Source: the human T2T-CHM13v2.0 reference genome, Homo sapiens
Direction: 5' to 3' (one strand)
Assembly (NCBI RefSeq): GCF_009914755.1
Contig: NC_060926.1
Length of the DNA stretch: 64,000 bases
The position numbers were made by a program, and so were the translations under genes. Positions 56,441 through 64,000 of this stretch are shown piece after piece (the stretch's first letter is position 1; each line of letters begins with the position of its first letter). Below the pieces are notes generated by a model. It was not told where the DNA came from, searched no databases, and saw only the letters and a list, made by a program, of their open reading frames with translations.

Positions 56441-59093
56441 GATTATGATTTATTTTCAATTCCACTTGCTAATTTCAAGTGGGGATACAAATGAAATGAG
56501 CAAGGATAAAAGTCAAAAGGCGACAGTTGGAAGAGGAGAAGAAACAGGCCGAGTAACTCAAAGCTTAGGACATTCTGTCCTTGAACAGCAGAACAAGCTG
56601 TGCAGGGGCCCACAGAACAATGGCTGCCTTCTGCAGCTGGCAGTGATGGGAAATAACATTCTTGTGGTTTAGTTTATGATGCATATAAAAAGGTGCCGTA
56701 CCCCATTAGTGGTCCCTGCTGACCCTCTCTATAGATGAAAACAAGGAAAGATAAGGCTCCAGAAGCCCCAGCTGGGTCTGCAGCTGAGCTTACAGGATGC
56801 CGGGAGGCGTGCCCGTGAGGAGAGGCAGCCTCAGTGGCAGTGGCATCAAGGAGACAGTCCTGCTGCAGACGCTGCTGGAAATGCAGAGCCATCCCCTCTA
56901 AGAGGGGAGTGGGAAAATTAGGAAAATGGCAACTTATTTACAACGTGCTTCTACACAGTTCATCTGAACTTAACAACCTCCGGAGGTGTGGATAGAGCAA
57001 AGAAGACTGAGGCTCAGGGAGGTGCAGCGCCTTTTGTGTCCAAGGTCATGCAATTAGGGAGAGACTAGGAATCTGAATCTTCCCATATACTCCTTTTAAA
57101 ATTATTATTGGCCAGGTGTGGTGGCTCACGGCACGCCTGTAATCCCACACTTTGGGAGGCTGAGGCAGGTGGATTACCTGAGGTCAGGAGTTCAAGACCA
57201 GCCTGGCCAACATGGTGAAACCCGGACTCTACTAAAAATATAAAAATTAGCTGGGTGTGGTAGCATGCACCTGTAGTCCCAGCTATTCAGGATGCTGAGG
57301 TGAGAGAATCACTTCAACCTGGGAGGCGGAGGTTGAGTGAACCGAGATCATGCCACTGCACTCCAGCCTGGGTGACAGAGCGAGACTCTGTCTCAAAAAA
57401 AAAAAATTATTATTATTTTGTGGCTGGGCACAGTGGCTCACACCTGTAATCCCAACACTTTAGGAGGACAAGACAGGTGGATCACCTGAGGTCAGGAGTT
57501 CAAGACCAGCCTGGCCAATTTGGTAAAACCCCCTCTCTACCAAAAATACAAAAATTAGCTGAGCATGGCACATACCTGTAACCCCAGCTACTGAGGAGGT
57601 TACTCAGAGAATTGCTTGAACCTGGGAGATGGAGGTTTCAGTGAGCTGAGATCGTGCCACTGCATTTCAGCCTGGGCGACAGAGTGAGTCTGAGTCTCAA
57701 AAAAAAAAAAAAAATTATTTTGTGAAATTTTTGAATCGGGCAACACCTCATTCTATGCCACAGGGTGGGGGTTCCCCCCAAGGACTCTAGTATCATCTCT
57801 CAGGAGGACACTGGGCCAGAACAGATGGGCCAGTGAGTGCCTTTGAAAGCTCAGGCGCTGGGAACAGGACAGAGGGACAGGGCTGGGTGAGCAGAGGATC
57901 AGCGCAAATTGGCAGCCTGACCCAATAAAGATGCCAGGGCTATTCTGGGTGGCATGTGGGAGAGAAGGGTTGGGGGAAGGGAGTCTGTAATTGGGGCACC
58001 GACCTTCCCATCGGCTCCCTCTTCTGCCCCAGGCCTACTTTCCATGATTGATCCTCTGTAGGAAGCAGGTTTTGGCAGCCCGGAGCTGAGGCCTGGGTCT
58101 GCGTTTATGCACCCCTCCCTTTAAGCACCCCTCCCAGCAGGGCCCCACAACCACAGTTATCCTGCGTGCAGTACATCTGACGCGTTCTCCTAGGACCCTC
58201 CCTCCGTAATTGGCTACTATCATTTTTTCCCCTTTAATATTAAAAAGTCATCTCTCAGCTCCATCTCAGGGGTTGACATCATTCTCTTTCCTGGCTGTTT
58301 GATCACTTCCTTTCCCCTCTCCTTCCTCTCCTTCCTTCCTGCTCTCCCTCTCTCCCTCCCTTCCTCACTCTGTCACCCAGGCTGGAGTGCCGTGGCAAGA
58401 TCTTGGCACACTGCAACCTCTGCCTCCCAGATTCAAGTAGCTGGGATTACAGGTGACAGCCATCACATCTAGCTAATTTTTGTATTTTTAGTAGAGACGG
58501 GGTTTTGCCATGTTGGCCAGGCTGGTCTCGAACTCCTGGCCTGAAGTGATCCACCTGCCTTGGCCTCCCAAAGTGCTGGGATTACAGGTGTGAGCCACCG
58601 CGGCTGGCCTCCCCCTCTTGTTCTGAAAGCAGGCATCCGACATCATCGGGTGTGTTTCCTTCTAGTTCCTTCCTGTGCATTCAACACTGACAGTCAGGCT
58701 TTCCTCTTCGATCTGGCTGCTTTCTCCTGGTAGGCCATCTGTCCACCTTGTTCCACTGCCCTGCTTGTCTGAACTCTCAGCCTTCCCATTTCCCCTCCAT
58801 GCTGTCCCCGACCCGCCTGGGAAGCTGCAACTGCTCCCTGCTTCACACTGTCTTCAATTCTCACAGGTCTGTGAAGAAATCCAGGGACTCAACGCAGAGC
58901 TAGGAATGTTCTTACTGGGGTGAACTTTGCCTCTGTGACAAAACCAGTTTAACTTTCTTTCCTGATTCTATTTATAGCAAGAAACACTCTCTCTTTAAAC
59001 CCAGAGGCAGAGCCTGGGTGAGGTGGCTTACACCTGTAAGCCCAGCACTTTTGGGAGGCCGAGGCAGATGGATTACCTGAGGTCAGGAGTTCA

Positions 59094-59354
<261 letters not shown>

Positions 59355-59524
59355 TCAACATCTAAAACAAAAACATAAAGTCAAACTGCCCTTGTAGGGC
59401 ACTTCTAAGGGATAGAGCAGGCCGGTTTCTCCAGAGTCCCCATAATTAGAATATTGGTTTATCAGTGTGAGTGCAACTCTTCATTGATCATCTCCTCCGC
59501 ACCAGGCACAGGCCTGGAACCTTA

Positions 59525-59985
59525 CATTATTTCATTTCAACCTTGACAGTCCTGCAAGGTACATATTGTTATCCCCACTTTACAGATGAAAAAATTTGGG
59601 TTCAGAGAGGTTAAAAAAACTTACTCAAGGCCAGGCGCATGGTGGCTCACGCCTGTAATCCTAGCAGTTTGGGAGGCTGAGGCGGGTGGATAACCTGAGG
59701 TCAGGGGTTTGAGACCAGCCTGGCCAACATGTTGAAACCCCATCTCTACTAAAAATACAAAAATTAGCCAGGTGTGGTGGCGTATGCCTGTAATCCCAGC
59801 TACTCTGGAGGCTGAGGCGGAAGAATCGCTTGAACCCAGGAGTGGGGGTTGCAGTGAGCTGAGATCACGCCACTGTACTCCAGCCTGGGCGACAGAGTGA
59901 GACTCCATCTCAAAAAACAAAAAAACAACAGAAAAAAACTTACTCAAGGCCACTAGTAAGTGGCAGAGCAGGGGCTAGAATTCAG
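59525..59985 (-). mobile_element. MIR interrupted by an AluS
   Basis: Contains tatccccactttacagatgaaaaaattt.ggttcagagaggttaa. The Alu is flanked by the TSD aaaaaacttactcaa. Confidence 0.7.
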
Positions 59986-61224
59986 AATGTTCTTTTTTTT
60001 TTTTTTTTTTTTTTTTTTGAGTCTCGCTCTGTTGCTCAGGCTGGAGTGCAGTGGTGCGATCTCAGCTCACTGCAACCCCCGCCTCCCAGGTTCAAGCGAT
60101 TCTCCTCCTACCTCAGCCTCTGGGTAGCTGGGATTATAGGCGCCCACTACCACACGCGGCTAGTTTTTGTATTTTTAGTAGAGACGGGGTTTCACCATGT
60201 TGGCCAGGCTGGCCTCAAACTCCTGACCTCAGGTTATCTGCCCGTCTCAGCCTCCCAAAGTGCTGGGATTACAGGCGTGGGCCACCACACCCGGCCAAAT
60301 TCAGAATGTTCTAAATCCAAAGTCTAGTCTCTCTCTACTGCACCATGATGCCTTTAAAAAGAATCTAGGGGCTGGGCACAGTGGCTTACGCTTGTAACCC
60401 AGCACTTTGGGAGGAGTTCACTTGAGCTCAGGAGTTCGAGACCAGCCTAGGCAACATAGTGAGACCCCCGTCTCTACTAAAAATGAAAGCAAATTAGCTG
60501 GGTATGGTGGTCCATGTCTGTACTGTGGTCTAAGCTACTCGGGAAGTTGAAGCAGGAGGATCACTTGAGCCCAGAAGGTCAAGGCTGTAGTGAGCCATGA
60601 TTGTGCCACTGCATTCCAGCCTGGGCAACACAGTGAGACCCTGTCTCAAAAAAAGAAAGAAAAGAAACAAAGAAAAGAATCTAGGGTGGCTGGGGTTACA
60701 AAGGTCAAAGGGCTAAAGTTGCAATGGAATTTTGTGTACCATAAACCACAGGGTATGGATGCTGTCACATATATCACCCTTTAGAAGACAATTTTGTGGG
60801 GCTGGCTCACACCTGTAATCCCAGGCTGAGGTGGGTGAACTGCTTGACATCAGGAGTTGGAGACCAGCCTGGGCAACATAGTGAAACCCTGTCTCTATTT
60901 GAAAAAAAAAAAAAGAAGAAGAAGACAATTTTACCTAAACACAATTAAAGTCTAGGCCAGGTGTGGTGGCTCACGCCTGTAATCTCAATACTTTGGGAGG
61001 CTGAGATGGGGGTATCACTTGAATCCAGGAGTTCAAGACCAGCCTGGGCAATGTAGTGAGACCTCATCTCTAAAATAAATAAAAAATTAGTCAGGCATGG
61101 TGGCACAAGCCTGAGGTCCCAGCTACCCAGGAGGCTGAGGTGGGAGGATCACTTGAGCCAAGAAGGTGAGCCAAGATTGTGCCACTGCACTCTAGCCTGG
61201 GCAACAGAGTGAGACCTTGTCTCA

Positions 61225-61733
<509 letters not shown>

Positions 61734-61777
61734 TTATTGCTAGACCTAGTTGCAAAAAAAAAATTTTTTTTTTTTGA

Positions 61778-61936
<159 letters not shown>

Positions 61937-63058
61937 TAGTAGAGACGGGGTTTCTCCATGTTGGTCAGGCTGGTCTCGAACTCCCGACCTCAGGTGATCT
62001 GCCCGCTTTGGCCTCCCAAAGTGCTGGGATTACAGGCGTGAGCCACTGCGCCAGTGCAAAAATGTTTTTTAAAGTAACTTTAATATTATACAAGATTATG
62101 ACTGTGGAAGGCACCTCACCTTATATTATTTTATATCAAATAATGGCTACATGGAGATGGTAGAGAAAAAAAAGAAAGGGCTAAACTTCCAAAATAAGTT
62201 GATTAGGAATATTTCTCAAGAGCTGCCTGACAACTCCTTGTTTGAGAGAGAGGCACTGGTCAGAGGGTGGGATGGATGCTTAGAGCTGGAGTAGGTGGAG
62301 GAAGAATGTTTTTTGAACAGAAGCTTTCTAATGGGACAGCATGACTTCAGGTAATTTCTTACAAACAATGTTTTTTCCTCTCACTTCGAGCAGCTCTTAG
62401 TGTTCTCATCCCCAGAATACCACAGGCCGAAATAAAGCAAAATATTCCACACTTGAGTTGAGCAAATGGAACAACGCCCTAATTAGTTAAATATGCTTTG
62501 GAGAGAAATAACTTTTCTGTTTGTTTTTTAGCCCTAATTAAGTGATGCGGCAAGTGGTGGGATCCAATGCTGAAGAAAGGACCTTTTCTCTGGGGAGTGG
62601 AGAAGTTTGCTTCACAGCTGCAGCCTCAGACCCCATGGTTCCTGAAATGAGGAAAGCTGCCTTGTTCAAGGACCTCCCTGCCCTCAACCTTCTGTGGTGA
62701 AATGAGGGACATGGGGCAGATGACCTCAGAGATCCAGGCCAGCAGCTCCCTGCCCCCTACTGTGCCCCACCAGACTCTCTCTGCTAAGTCAGAATCACAA
62801 CTGGGATTTCAATTACCGTGGAATTGTTTTTACTTTATTCTAACCATCTTATCTTGGCTTTAAAAAGAGTAATTTTAAAAACTTGTTTCATATAAAAAAT
62901 CCTAGAACTGGCCGGGCACGGTGGCTCACGCCTGTAATACTAGCATTTTGGGAGGCCGAGGTGGGCGGATCACCTGAGGTCGGGAGTTCGAGACCAGCCT
63001 GACCAACAGGCTGGAGATGGAGAGTAGAGATGGAGAAACCCCGTCTCTACTAAAATTA

Positions 63059-63241
<183 letters not shown>

Positions 63242-63414
63242 TTACTTGCCTTTTCTATTTTTGTATTTTTTAAAGTTCTGAAATAAATATTAAATACTGC
63301 AAATTGCAGTCATCAGACATAGCAAAGTGGACAGTGACAAAAAAATGAAAAAGAAAAAGAAAAGAATATATTCATGATTACCTGATATTTCTTTCTTTCT
63401 TTTTTTTTTCATAG

Positions 63415-63573
<159 letters not shown>

Positions 63574-64000
63574 TAATAACTGTTTTAAAGTAATTTATTT
63601 CTTGGAATTCTTTATTATATTAGAGCATTCTGTAATTACTGTTCATATAATTTGTATTTAAGTGTAGTAGAGAACATTGGTAAATCATAATTGCCTTTTT
63701 TTTTTTTTTTTTGAGACAGGGTCTCACTCTGTTGACCAGGCCAGGTGGAGTGAAGTGGTATAATCACAGCTCAGTGAAGCCTCAACCTCCTAGGTTCAAG
63801 CAATCCTCCCACCTCAGCCTCCCAAGTAGCTGGGAGTACAGGCATGTGCTAATGCCTGGCTAACTTTTTGTATTTTTTTGTAGAGATGGGGCCTCGCTAT
63901 GTTGCCCAGGCTGGTTTCAAATGCCTAGGCTCAAGCCATCTACCTGCTTCAGTCTCCTAAAGTGCTGGGATTACAGGCATGAGCCACTGTACCCAGCCTA

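Noticed and set aside
57020-57042. CTCF-like gcagcgccttttgtgtcc
   Set aside because: Poor core match within a MIR-like fragment; cannot be supported without a PWM scan or ChIP data.

Overview
Human (hominoid) genomic DNA, extremely Alu-dense. The only protein-coding content is the 3' end of KIF3C (kinesin-2 family) on the minus strand. Its last three exons have coding parts at 49302-49410, 48652-48824 and 48325-48418, with a ~2.4 kb repeat-free 3' UTR ending near 45949. Bases 49411-64000 appear to be one large intron. From memory this is 2p23.3, with the ASXL2 5' end just left of base 1; that cannot be verified from the window. Bases 1-45900 are intergenic and built mostly of retroelements. 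They include a decayed ERVL provirus with two LTR16-type LTRs (2462-~8500) that hosts an MST LTR, Alus, an L1 end and an NDUFB4 processed pseudogene. There is also a 98-bp orphan retro-insertion resembling the SVA2 3' end (23726-23823), a full-length SVA with an atypical hexamer head (29042-31041) and a solo LTR12C inside an Alu (34664-36220). Nearly all ORFs in the supplied track are Alu, SVA or LTR artefacts. I cannot establish a new biological system. The best leads are the SVA2-like orphan, the SVA / unique island / LTR12C module, an exonic RFX X-box and quadruple tandem acceptor in KIF3C, and the ancestral-looking NDUFB4 fossil. Repeat subfamily names come from remembered consensus sequences, not from a search.
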